64,000 bases of DNA from assembly GCA_041483675.1 (NCBI GenBank), contig JBGPGE010000001.1, positions 868 through 64,867 of the forward strand, read 5' to 3'. The notes beneath the pieces are model-generated. The model was not told where the DNA came from and ran no database searches. It worked only from the letters and a program-made list of their open reading frames with translations. This document shows positions 9,766-18,857 of the stretch, in pieces. Both the position numbers and the translations under genes were made by a program. The stretch comes from Candidatus Binatia bacterium (GTDB lineage: Bacteria; Desulfobacterota; Binatia; UBA9968). Each line of letters starts with the position of its first letter. The first letter of the stretch is position 1.

Positions 9766-10470
9766 TCAGGCCCCCGCCCTCTCTATCGCATAGTCGCGCT
9801 TGAGCAATAGGGCGAGCACGTCGTCGGGCTCGCGGTGCGCGTCGATAAATCCCCTGACGGCGTCCAGCTCCGCGGCGCTGAAGTGCGGGCTCAATTTCTG
9901 CATCAAGACATCCACCATAGGCGGCTCCAGCCAGCCGTACTCCAGAGAGGCGTCGGCATAGTCGTAGCCGACGACCTTGATGGCCTCCGGGTTCAGGTCG
10001 CCGACCAGGTCGTTGAACACTTCGATGAACAGATCGGTTTTCTCATCGGCCGTTCTCTCAGAGGCAACGGCACGCAGACGCTGCTTCATTTCCTTGCGCA
10101 GCCTCGCTTCCTGGATCGCCACCGCCACCCGGTAGGGCTTGAGCCGCCCGCGGATCAGCTCGAATTCGAGCGGCTCCGCGATCGTTTTGCGAAAGCGCCG
10201 GATAACGAAGGATTCCCGGCCGTTGGTCGCTTCAACGTAGCCGACCCGCATGGGATCGCCGGCGGCGCCGACCGGAAAACATTTTTCCCCGACCTCGGTC
10301 AGGGCCTCGAGCGGATGGCCGGTGTGGCGCTCGAGGAAAGCGCGGCCGTCGTCGCGGGAAAGCTGCCGCTCTTCCCCACCCTCCATGACGTAGGCCGGCG
10401 CGCCGTCGAACCGGGTGATGTGATGGAGTTTGTCGCACTCGCGGCAGCGGATGTATCTTTGCTCGGCCAT
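9766..10470 (-). CDS. Hypothetical protein with an N-terminal CxxC motif, embedded in the signalling operon
   Basis: 234 aa ORF co-oriented between the REC-HK hybrid and REC genes. I recognise no known family. Confidence 0.45.
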   Translation of the reverse strand: MAEQRYIRCRECDKLHHITRFDGAPAYVMEGGEERQLSRDDGRAFLERHTGHPLEALTEVGEKCFPVGAAGDPMRVGYVEATNGRESFVIRRFRKTIAEPLEFELIRGRLKPYRVAVAIQEARLRKEMKQRLRAVASERTADEKTDLFIEVFNDLVGDLNPEAIKVVGYDYADASLEYGWLEPPMVDVLMQKLSPHFSAAELDAVRGFIDAHREPDDVLALLLKRDYAIERAGA

Positions 10471-10479
10471 ACGCCACTC

Positions 10480-11592
10480 CTAAAATCGATGCGACGAAAT
10501 GCGGCTCAGCTCCGGCAACGCGCGCGACGGCAGGCTGAGCAACACCTCGGTGCCGACCCCGCGCTCGCTCTTCAACTTCAATGAGCCGCCGAGAAACTCT
10601 GTCAATCGCCGCGCCGCCGTCAGTCCCAGCCCCAACCCGGCAAACTCCCGGCGCATCGAGCCATCCAACTGCTGAAAAGGCTGGAACAGGCGGTCGATCT
10701 GGTCTTCGGGTATCCCCACGCCGGTGTCCCGGATTTCTATTTCAACCATCCCTTTCTGCGGAACTGTCCGGACTTTGATCGTCACTTTGCCCGCAGGCGT
10801 GAATTTGATCGCGTTGTGCAGCAGGTTCTGCACGATGCGCCCCGTCTTGTTGGGATCGCCGAGGATCATGATCCGGTCCTGCGGCCCTTCGATCGCGAGC
10901 CCCATCCCTTTTTCGTCCGCGAGCTTCTCATAGCGCCGCGCGCACTCCCTGAGCAAGAGGCAGATGTCGAATTCCTCCTCGGTGACGATCAACTCGCCGC
11001 TGTTGAGCGAGGTGATGATCAGCACGTTGTCGATCAGCTCGAGCAGCTCGCCGGAATTTTTGTAGACCTTTTCCAACACCTTGCGCTGGCCGTCGTTCAC
11101 GTCGCCGACCAGTTGATCGAGTAGGATCGACACGAAGCCGATCACCACGCTGAGCGGGGTGCGCAACTCGTGCGAGATATTCGCCATGAACTCCGACCGG
11201 ACGTTGCGCAGTTGCAGCCTGGCGATGCGGCGCTGCAAGGCGCGGCGGATCAACGCCAGGATATGGTTCACGTCGAACGGCTTGGAGATGTAGTCGAAGG
11301 CGCCGAGCCTGAGCCCTTCCACGGCGGTGTCCATCGATCCGTAGCCGGTGATGATGATTGCTTCGATGTCGGGGTCCTGCTCCTTGATCTTTTGCAGTAC
11401 CTTGGTGCCGGGAAGTCCCGGCATCTTGAGATCGACGGTGACGAGATCGACCGGCACTTCGCCGACCAGCCGGATCGCCTCGCTGCCCCGGTCGGTCGCG
11501 AAAACGTTGTAGTAGGGCTTGAGAATCATCTTGAGCGATTCTCTCGGCCCGAGCTCATCATCGACGATCAGTATGTTGGCTCTATCGTCCAT
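10480..11592 (-). CDS. Hybrid REC-histidine kinase (REC + HisKA + HATPase_c)
   Basis: N-terminal REC (ILIVDDELG ... LVTVDLKMPG ... KPF), H-box SHELRTPLSV, and G boxes (GTGVGIP ... GLGLGL). Confidence 0.85.
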   Translation of the reverse strand: MDDRANILIVDDELGPRESLKMILKPYYNVFATDRGSEAIRLVGEVPVDLVTVDLKMPGLPGTKVLQKIKEQDPDIEAIIITGYGSMDTAVEGLRLGAFDYISKPFDVNHILALIRRALQRRIARLQLRNVRSEFMANISHELRTPLSVVIGFVSILLDQLVGDVNDGQRKVLEKVYKNSGELLELIDNVLIITSLNSGELIVTEEEFDICLLLRECARRYEKLADEKGMGLAIEGPQDRIMILGDPNKTGRIVQNLLHNAIKFTPAGKVTIKVRTVPQKGMVEIEIRDTGVGIPEDQIDRLFQPFQQLDGSMRREFAGLGLGLTAARRLTEFLGGSLKLKSERGVGTEVLLSLPSRALPELSRISSHRF

Positions 11593-11637
11593 CGTGTCCG
11601 TCCGTAGCTGTAGGCTTAAGTTAGTCGGATGAGTCTA

Positions 11638-11654
11638 AAGCAACTCACATGCCA
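11638..11654 (-). promoter_or_regulatory. Candidate sigma-54 (-24/-12) promoter TGGCAT-N5-TTGCT upstream of the REC-HK gene
   Basis: The minus strand reads TGGCATGTGAGTTGCTT with correct GG/GC spacing, ~45 nt upstream of the ATG at 11592. An NtrC-type activator gene lies immediately upstream. Confidence 0.5.
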
Positions 11655-11836
11655 CCGGGAGGGTGGACGTAAGTCGCTGGAATTACAGGAGTTTAATTTT
11701 AAGACGACGAAGCGGGAGGAGACTGCTTAAACGGCTTTTCGAAGCCGCCCAACCGCAACATATGGGTGGCCGACCGGCGCCCAGCCACCATATGCCGGCC
11801 TGACGTGGGGAATTGCGAGGGCCACAGGACTGGCCA

Positions 11837-13243
11837 TCAGCTGGACACTTTTGCGCACTCGATTAACTCGGTATCCTCGGCAATCTGTAATTTTTCCATG
11901 CGATACCGTAGTACTCTTCTGCTGGTGCCGAGCAGAAAGGACGCTTTGGTCTGGTTGAATCCGGTCTTTTGGAGCGCCTTTAAGATCAACTCCCGCTCGA
12001 ACTCATCGACCGCGTCGCCGAGCGGACGCGCCCCTTCGAGCACCGCTTCTTTGAACGCGGGGCGGCTCTCGCCCCGGCGGATCTCCTCGGGAAGATCGTC
12101 CAGCCCGATCGCCTCGTGGCAGATCAATATCGTCAGCCGCTCGATCAGATTTTCCAGCTCTCGCACGTTGCCCGGCCACGAGTAGCCGAGCAGCTTGTCC
12201 ACCACCTCGGCCGACAGCCGCCGCTCGGCGACGGCGTTCTCGCCCGCCTTGACCGTCAAAAAGTGATGCAGCAGCAGCGGGATATCTTCTCTCCGCTCGC
12301 GCAGCGGCGGCAGCGGGATCGACACCACGTTTAAGCGATAAAATAAGTCGGCGCGGAAGCCGCCGTCCCTGGCCAGCTTCTCCAGCTCGCGGTTGCTCGC
12401 GGCGACGATCCGCACGTCCACTTTGTTCTCCTCCGTGCCGCCCAGCCGGTTGAAGGTCTCGGTCTCGATCGCCCGCAGGAGCTTCGACTGCACCGACAAT
12501 CCCATCTCCCCGATCTCGTCGAGGAACAGCGTGCCGCCGTGGGCGCTCTCGAAGTGGCCGATCTTTCTTTGGTAGGCGTTGGTGAACGCGCCTTTCTCAT
12601 AGCCGAACAGCTCGCTCTCGATCAGGTTGTCGGGCAGCGCGGCGCAGTTGACCACGACGAACGGCTTGCTGCGCCGCTCGCTGCCGAAGTGGATCGCGCG
12701 GGCGATCAGCTCCTTGCCCGTCCCGCTCTCGCCGGTGATCAGCACGGTGCTTTTGCGCTTCGCCACTAGGCTGACGGTCTTGAAGACCTCCATCATAGCC
12801 TTGGATTTTCCGACGATGTTCTCGATGCCGTATTTCCGCCCCACCTCTTCTTGCAGCCGCTCCAGCTCCCGGGAAAGACGGCTCCTTTCCAGCGCCCGCT
12901 CCACTCTGAGGCGCAGCTCGTCCACGTCGAACGGCTTGGTCACGTAGTCGAACGCCCCCGTCTCCTTGGCGGAAAAGGCGGTGCGCGCGGTGTTGAGCGC
13001 CGTCAGCATAATGACCTGCCCTTCGGGATGGGCCGCCCTCACCTGCTTGAGGGTTTCGAGGCCGTCCGTCCCCGGCATCATGATGTCGAGCAGGATCACC
13101 TCCGGCGTCTCCTCCTTGACCTTGCGGAGCGCCTCTTCGCCCGACCGGGCCTCGTGCACCCGCAGGCTCTTGCCGAAAATCAGGCGAATCGACTCGCGAA
13201 CCCCCGTCTCATCGTCCACAACTAAAAGCGATGCTTGTTTCAT
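11837..13243 (-). CDS. Sigma-54-dependent response regulator (NtrC/AtoC family: REC + AAA+ EBP + Fis-type HTH)
   Basis: REC, Walker A GESGTGKE, ESELFGYEKGAFT (GAFTGA-like), and a C-terminal HTH. Confidence 0.9.
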   Translation of the reverse strand: MKQASLLVVDDETGVRESIRLIFGKSLRVHEARSGEEALRKVKEETPEVILLDIMMPGTDGLETLKQVRAAHPEGQVIMLTALNTARTAFSAKETGAFDYVTKPFDVDELRLRVERALERSRLSRELERLQEEVGRKYGIENIVGKSKAMMEVFKTVSLVAKRKSTVLITGESGTGKELIARAIHFGSERRSKPFVVVNCAALPDNLIESELFGYEKGAFTNAYQRKIGHFESAHGGTLFLDEIGEMGLSVQSKLLRAIETETFNRLGGTEENKVDVRIVAASNRELEKLARDGGFRADLFYRLNVVSIPLPPLRERREDIPLLLHHFLTVKAGENAVAERRLSAEVVDKLLGYSWPGNVRELENLIERLTILICHEAIGLDDLPEEIRRGESRPAFKEAVLEGARPLGDAVDEFERELILKALQKTGFNQTKASFLLGTSRRVLRYRMEKLQIAEDTELIECAKVSS

Positions 13244-13259
13244 AGTGATCGGAACCCCC

Positions 13260-15110
13260 TTATAAAGCAGGCAACTCGGCGCGCAGCTGGACCGTCTCTC
13301 CGTCCGGGTAGCTGACGCGCAAGCCGCCGCCGTTTCGTTCGAGCAGAATCTTGGCGAGCAGGACGCGCAGCGGCAGCGCCTCCTCCCCGCCCTGCGCCGC
13401 CGTCAAGCCGAGATAGCGCGTGAGCGAGCTGATGCCGGCGGCCTCGCGGAGATACGAGATCACCACGGCGCCGCCGTTTTCCACTTTGACCTGGATCGAA
13501 TTTTTCGATTTCGCCTGGCTCAGGATCGCCAGAAATAGATTTTTGAAAGCAAAGAGAAAATGGGCTTTGTCGGCGAGGACCGCCATCGTCCGCCCCCGCT
13601 TGCCCCACTCGACGTTCTTGTCGTCCTTCACGGAATCCGGCAAGAGATCGTCGTGGATCCGGGAGAGCTGCTCGTAGAGATAGATCCGCTCCTTGGCCGG
13701 CTGGTTGAAGCGCGCGAATTCGAGCAGGGCCTCCAGCAGATCGTCCATCCGTTGAACGTCGTTGCTCACCGTCTCCTGGAAGCGGGAGCGGAAAGCGGCG
13801 TCGTCGAACCGGTCGCCGAGCAGTTGGGAGAAGGTCTTGATCGTGACCATCGGATTTTTAAGCTCGTGCGCCAGCTCGGTCATGAACAGGCGGAGGTCCG
13901 GCGGCTCGCCGTTGGCCGTCCGCGCGGCGGCGCTTCCGTTCTGCTGGGTCGCCGAACTGGACGTCTGATTTTCTTCAGCGGGCGGAGTGTCGCGGCGCGC
14001 TTCCGCAGAGGCGCCGGCGGAAATCGGCGCGCGCTCGGAGGTGAATTCAAAGATTAGATCCGGCGCGTCGAGCAGCTCTTTCCTGTGCGTCGCGAAGCTT
14101 CGGGCGACGACCGCCTCCAGCTCATCGAGATTGCCGAACCACAGATAGTTGCGCAGCCGGTCCACCGCCGCGGGAGAAAAAACCGCACGGTTCAAGCCCA
14201 GCCGCGCGCCGCATTCCCCGGCCAGCGCAGCCGCCAGGGCGGCGATATCGGCCTGCCGCTCCCGGAGCGGCTGAAGGCGGAGCACCAGCGCCGCCAGCCG
14301 GTAGTAGAGCGGATCGAGAAACGTCCCGCGGTAAACGCTCTCCAGCAAATCCGCGTGCGCGCTGGAGATGAGTTGGAGAGTTCTTCCCTCAGCCTCGCTC
14401 TCGCCCAAAAAGTCGATGAGGCCCGACTGAGCCGTGAGGCTCATGCGCTCGACACCGTAAAGAAACAAAGTCAACCGCGCCCCCGCCGGGCGTTCTTCGA
14501 CTCGCGCCTTGAGGTAGCCCTTCCCGATCTCCGGCGCATGGATAAACAGCGGCGTGCCGGCCTCCGAATTCAGCCGGTGGATCGCCCGCGCCACCCGCTC
14601 CTGCCCGCAGCCGGCCTCGCCGAGGATCAGCAGCGGAAACGGCGCCGCGGCGAACTTCTTGACCAGCGTCGCGACGGACTCTGGCACGTAGGGATACTCA
14701 AGACGAGAAAGGTCCGCGGCGCACGCGGGGACGACCGTCGACGGTTTCGCCGGCTGAGCGGCGGCTTGCGCCAATAGCCGCGCCACTTTTTCTCTCAGCT
14801 CGTAGGGATTGAACGGCTTGGCCAGGAGGTCGACATGCTTCGCGCCGGGATCGAACGGCGCGGTGGGCCGGGAGTCCGCCAGGAACAGCACGGGACAGGA
14901 GAACCGCGCGGCGACACGCGCGAGCGCCGCCGGCTCGGAGGCGGCCGTGCCGCCGACCGCCAGAATCATCAGGTCGATCTCCGTGCCGGAAATACCGGCG
15001 CTTCCGCTCTCCAGCGAGGCGCCGTGCGAGACCGCAAAATCGGGCCCGAGAATGAGCGCGACGGTCTCTCGCACGGCGGCGGACGGATCAATGACTCGAA
15101 TACGCTTCAT
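13260..15110 (-). CDS. Atypical signalling protein: REC-like domain, degenerate sigma-54-activator-like AAA domain and HK-like DHp/CA domains
   Basis: 616 aa. N-terminal receiver-like segment with KPF. The Walker-A-like GEAGCGQE is degenerate and GAFTGA is absent. An H-box-like HELKNPMVTIKTF is followed by a poorly conserved CA region. The gene overlaps the upstream HK gene by 23 nt. Confidence 0.65.
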   Translation of the reverse strand: MKRIRVIDPSAAVRETVALILGPDFAVSHGASLESGSAGISGTEIDLMILAVGGTAASEPAALARVAARFSCPVLFLADSRPTAPFDPGAKHVDLLAKPFNPYELREKVARLLAQAAAQPAKPSTVVPACAADLSRLEYPYVPESVATLVKKFAAAPFPLLILGEAGCGQERVARAIHRLNSEAGTPLFIHAPEIGKGYLKARVEERPAGARLTLFLYGVERMSLTAQSGLIDFLGESEAEGRTLQLISSAHADLLESVYRGTFLDPLYYRLAALVLRLQPLRERQADIAALAAALAGECGARLGLNRAVFSPAAVDRLRNYLWFGNLDELEAVVARSFATHRKELLDAPDLIFEFTSERAPISAGASAEARRDTPPAEENQTSSSATQQNGSAAARTANGEPPDLRLFMTELAHELKNPMVTIKTFSQLLGDRFDDAAFRSRFQETVSNDVQRMDDLLEALLEFARFNQPAKERIYLYEQLSRIHDDLLPDSVKDDKNVEWGKRGRTMAVLADKAHFLFAFKNLFLAILSQAKSKNSIQVKVENGGAVVISYLREAAGISSLTRYLGLTAAQGGEEALPLRVLLAKILLERNGGGLRVSYPDGETVQLRAELPAL

Positions 15111-17241
15111 GGACTTGAGGGCGATACTTGGCTCCCGATTGCGCGACGTATTTCAACGGCAGATTGATGAAGAACGCGGTCCCCCGACCGACCCCGCTCT
15201 CGACCAGGATATGGCCGCCGTGTTCCTTGACGATCTGGTGCGAGATGGAAAGGCCCAGCCCGTTCCCGTCTTTTTTCGTCGTGAAAAACGGATTAAAGAT
15301 GTTTTCGAGGTCCTTTTCCGGAATGCCGACGCCGGAATCCCGCACCTCGATTTGCACAAATTGCTCGTGGCCGTTCACCGGGGAGAGATGCGTGGCGATC
15401 TCAACCACGCCACCGCCTTCGATGGATTGAATGGCGTTTAGAATGAGATTCATGCAGACCTGCTTGGTCTGCTCTTTGTCAACGAAGATCTTGGGCAGGC
15501 CGGAAGCGAGGCGGAGCGCGATCCGCACGTCCTTGTCCTTCGCTTCGGTGTCCAGGAGGCGCGCGATGTTGTCGACGATGTCATTGATATTCTCGGCGGT
15601 CACGTTGGGCGTCGAAGGACGGGCGAAGCTCAGCAGGTCGGTGACCAAGCCGCAGATGCGGTCCACTTCCTTCAACGCCAGGCTCTGGAAGCTGTCGCGA
15701 AAATCTTTGTCCTCGTACCGTTCCGGCAGGAGCTGGGTGAAAGTCCGGATCGCCACCAGCGGGTTGCGGATCTCGTGGGCCAAGCCGGCCGTCAACATGC
15801 CGAGCGAGGAGAGCCGGTCCGCCCGGCGGATGATGTTCTGCGACTGTTTTAGATTTTCGTAGAGCCGGGCGTTGTCGATCGCGATCGCCGCCTGGTTGGC
15901 GAGCGTGGAGAGCACCTCGATATCCTCGTAAGAGTACATCGCGTTGCCCTCGCGGTGGCCGAGGTTGAGCATCCCGATGAGGCGGTCTTTGGTGAGGAGC
16001 GGCAGAGTCACCTCGGCCTCAAGCTGCGCCATCTTGGCCGACGCTTCCAGGGTCTCGCGGCCGTCGCGCAGCATCTCCAGCTCCTCCCGGATGATCGCCT
16101 CGCGCCGCTTGACGAGCGTCCGCACCAGGGGGTCGTCCTGCGCCACCACGGGCTGCTGCGACGGCTCGTACTTCAGGCCGACGTTGCTCTTGATCCGAAA
16201 CGAGCCGTTGCTTTCCTCCAGGAGAAACAGCGAGGCCTTCTCGATCTCCAGCGCCTTCACCACCGTCTGCACCAGGTTCTGGCACACGGCTTCCAGATCG
16301 ACCATGGAGATCATCTCCCTGCTGGAGCGGAGCAGAGTCTCGCGGTAGTCGTAATGCTTTTTGAACAGCACGCGCTCGAAGGCCTCCTCCGTGCGGAACC
16401 GCACCTTCGGGAAAAAGAAGCCGACGAGGATGAATAACGCCAGGGCGACGAGCGAAAATCCCGCGCTGACCTCCCCGAAAAAGAGCATCTGCGTCCCGAC
16501 GAGGACGAGATGACATGGAATGAGAAGCGCCAGCAGCAGGCAGGCGTAGATCAGGCTGCGCTTGATGACGACGTCGATGTCGAGGAGGCGGTACTGGATG
16601 ATCGCGTAAGCGATGATCCCCGCATGGATATTGGTAAAAATAAAACCGATCGGGTAAAGCTCGACGCCGTAATTCATCAGGAAGTCGAGCCCGGCGAGCG
16701 AGTAGATGATCGTGGATATGTACACATAGGTTACCTGGTTGACCCGCCCAGGCTGACCGGACAGATCGCGCCGGTGGGCAACAAGGAAGGCCAGCCCCGC
16801 GATCAGCAACGCGACCAGGAACACGAGGTACACGGGGTGGAGCACCCCGGCTTGCGGGTAATAGCCCCAGTAACCGCGGTAGACTCCCGCTACGAATGCG
16901 TCGCCGGTCCAGGTGGCGACCAGGAAGGCCGCGCCGACGCCGTACGACAGGTAGGCGACGATCCGCTTTCGGACGCTGTTCGTGAACTCGACGACGAAGT
17001 GAAAGAATGCGATGGGAATAAATATGATGCCGGAATATCCGAGGCGGGTCACGGTGTCGGCCGCGTGCGGATTCTGCAAGTTGAAGAGGACCGTCCAGTT
17101 TCCCTGCCAGTAAGCCGTGAGAAAACACCATAACGCAAAAGTGCGGCTGAGCGACGAGCGCGGATTTCTGAGCAAAACGAAGAATCCGAGACCGGAGGCA
17201 AGAAGGGCCGTGAGCAGTGAAGGGATAGAGTAAAGATTCAT
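15088..17241 (-). CDS. Membrane sensor histidine kinase with N-terminal 7TM sensor domain, GAF, HisKA and HATPase_c
   Basis: Seven predicted TM helices in the first ~280 aa, H-box AHEIRNPLVAI, and N/G boxes. Confidence 0.85.
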   Translation of the reverse strand: MNLYSIPSLLTALLASGLGFFVLLRNPRSSLSRTFALWCFLTAYWQGNWTVLFNLQNPHAADTVTRLGYSGIIFIPIAFFHFVVEFTNSVRKRIVAYLSYGVGAAFLVATWTGDAFVAGVYRGYWGYYPQAGVLHPVYLVFLVALLIAGLAFLVAHRRDLSGQPGRVNQVTYVYISTIIYSLAGLDFLMNYGVELYPIGFIFTNIHAGIIAYAIIQYRLLDIDVVIKRSLIYACLLLALLIPCHLVLVGTQMLFFGEVSAGFSLVALALFILVGFFFPKVRFRTEEAFERVLFKKHYDYRETLLRSSREMISMVDLEAVCQNLVQTVVKALEIEKASLFLLEESNGSFRIKSNVGLKYEPSQQPVVAQDDPLVRTLVKRREAIIREELEMLRDGRETLEASAKMAQLEAEVTLPLLTKDRLIGMLNLGHREGNAMYSYEDIEVLSTLANQAAIAIDNARLYENLKQSQNIIRRADRLSSLGMLTAGLAHEIRNPLVAIRTFTQLLPERYEDKDFRDSFQSLALKEVDRICGLVTDLLSFARPSTPNVTAENINDIVDNIARLLDTEAKDKDVRIALRLASGLPKIFVDKEQTKQVCMNLILNAIQSIEGGGVVEIATHLSPVNGHEQFVQIEVRDSGVGIPEKDLENIFNPFFTTKKDGNGLGLSISHQIVKEHGGHILVESGVGRGTAFFINLPLKYVAQSGAKYRPQVHEAYSSH

Positions 17242-17256
17242 GGCCCGTCCCGGGAT

Positions 17257-18543
17257 TCAGCTCGCATCGTATTTGCGGATAAGGCATGCGGCGTTGTAGC
17301 CGCCGAAGCCGAAGGACATGGACATCATGGTATCGACCTGGCGGCAGGACCCCTCGTTCGGAAGATAATTGAGATCGCAGAGCGGATCGCGCTCACGGAG
17401 GTTGATGGTGGGATGGAGATAGCGGTGCTTCATCATCAAACAGCAGGCGATCAGCTCCAGCGCTCCGCCGGCGCCCAGCGTGTGGCCGGTAAGCGGCTTG
17501 GTCGCGCTTATCGGAATCGCATAGGCCGCCTCGCCGAAGGCCTTGCGTAGAATGGCCGCCTCGCCGCGGTCATTGTCCGGGATGGCGATGCCGTGCGGAT
17601 TGATGTAGCCGACCTCCGCCGGATTCACGTGCGCCTCTTTGAGCGCGCCATGGATGGCCACGACCGGCTGCTCGAAACTCGGATCGAACGACATCACATG
17701 GTAGGCATCCGCCGAGCTGCCGAATCCCAGCACTTCGGCATAAATCCGCGCGCTGCGTTTGAGCGCGTGATCGAGATCTTCCAGAATCAGAATGCCGGCC
17801 CCCTCGCCCAACACAAAGCCGCTCGCGTCCTTGCTGTAAGGCCGAAACGAGGTCTCCGGGCTGTCGTTCTCGGTCGACAACAGTTGGATCGAAGAGAGCG
17901 TCGAGACCACCAGCGGCGTGATCGGCGCCTCGGAACCGCCCGCCAGGATCACGTCGTTCTCTCCGTCCCGGATGCTGTGAAAGGCTTCGCCCACGGCCCA
18001 GGTTCCGGAAGCGCAGGCCGTGGTAATCGTGCGCGACGGCCCCTTGATCTTGAGGTTCAACGTGATCTGGGTCGCGGCGCTGCTGGGGATCACCGAGGTT
18101 CCGAAGAACGGGTTGATCCTCGTCACCCCCTTCTCATAGAAAAGAGCGATCTGTTGCTCGGCGTAGCACAGCGTCCCGACGGAAGTTCCAAGGACGACTC
18201 CGGTTCTGGATTGCTCCCCGTTGTCGATCTTAAGGCGCGCATCTTTGACCGCGAGCTTGGCCGCGGCGAGCCCTAACTGCGCGAACCGGTCGATCCGGCG
18301 CGCCAGTTGCAGCGGCATGAAGTCCCCGGGGTCGAAATCCGAAATCTCCGCCGCGATCTGGCAAGGGTAGGTGGAAGCGTCGAAGCTGGTGATTTTTTTG
18401 ATGCCGGATCGGGCCGCGCGCAACGAGTCCCAATAGGCGGTCTTGCCGGTGCCGATCGCGGAGACCACCCCGAGTCCGGTAATCACCACGCGCCGGTTCC
18501 GCCCTTTCCCGTTGCTCGATCCGTTGCCGTTGCTATGAGCCAT
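17257..18543 (-). CDS. Beta-ketoacyl-ACP synthase II-like condensing enzyme (KAS/FabF family)
   Basis: 428 aa with active-site Cys TACASG and the two-His motifs (NPHGIA; KPLTGHTLGAGG). It has a Ser/Asn/Gly-rich N-terminal extension. It sits in an operon with sensor kinases rather than with fab genes. Confidence 0.8.
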   Translation of the reverse strand: MAHSNGNGSSNGKGRNRRVVITGLGVVSAIGTGKTAYWDSLRAARSGIKKITSFDASTYPCQIAAEISDFDPGDFMPLQLARRIDRFAQLGLAAAKLAVKDARLKIDNGEQSRTGVVLGTSVGTLCYAEQQIALFYEKGVTRINPFFGTSVIPSSAATQITLNLKIKGPSRTITTACASGTWAVGEAFHSIRDGENDVILAGGSEAPITPLVVSTLSSIQLLSTENDSPETSFRPYSKDASGFVLGEGAGILILEDLDHALKRSARIYAEVLGFGSSADAYHVMSFDPSFEQPVVAIHGALKEAHVNPAEVGYINPHGIAIPDNDRGEAAILRKAFGEAAYAIPISATKPLTGHTLGAGGALELIACCLMMKHRYLHPTINLRERDPLCDLNYLPNEGSCRQVDTMMSMSFGFGGYNAACLIRKYDAS

Positions 18544-18573
18544 TTGTGACTCTCTCCCGCCGCCTCTCGGACG

Positions 18574-18768
18574 TCACTGAGTCTTGCGAGTCGAGGGCAT
18601 GTTCGAGTTCCTTAACAACCACTCCTCGATCATTTTCCGGTTAAAACGCCACTGGCTGCCGACCCGAAAGGCCGGCAACTTTTTCTGAGCCACCAGGCGA
18701 TAAACCGTGAACTTGTCCACTTTGAGATAGCGGGCGACCTGCACCGCCGTTAAAAGATTTTCTTGCAT
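18574..18768 (-). CDS. Small HTH DNA-binding protein (excisionase/MerR-like HTH_17 family)
   Basis: 64 aa. LTAVQVARYLKVDKFTVYRLVAQKKLPAFRVGSQWRF matches the excisionase-family DNA-binding domain. It is the first gene of the minus-strand operon. Confidence 0.65.
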   Translation of the reverse strand: MQENLLTAVQVARYLKVDKFTVYRLVAQKKLPAFRVGSQWRFNRKMIEEWLLRNSNMPSTRKTQ

Positions 18769-18857
18769 TCCAGCCTCTTATATGGCAGCATTTGGCAACA
18801 TTGTACAATCATATACAATAGTTAACAAATGGCGTCAAGGGTTAATAGAGGTTAGCA

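Noticed and set aside
18790-18806. TGGCAG-CATT-TGGCAA as a sigma-54 promoter for the FadL-like gene
   Set aside because: The GG/GC spacing is one base short of the -24/-12 consensus, and the downstream element reads TGGC rather than TTGC. Not reported as a promoter.
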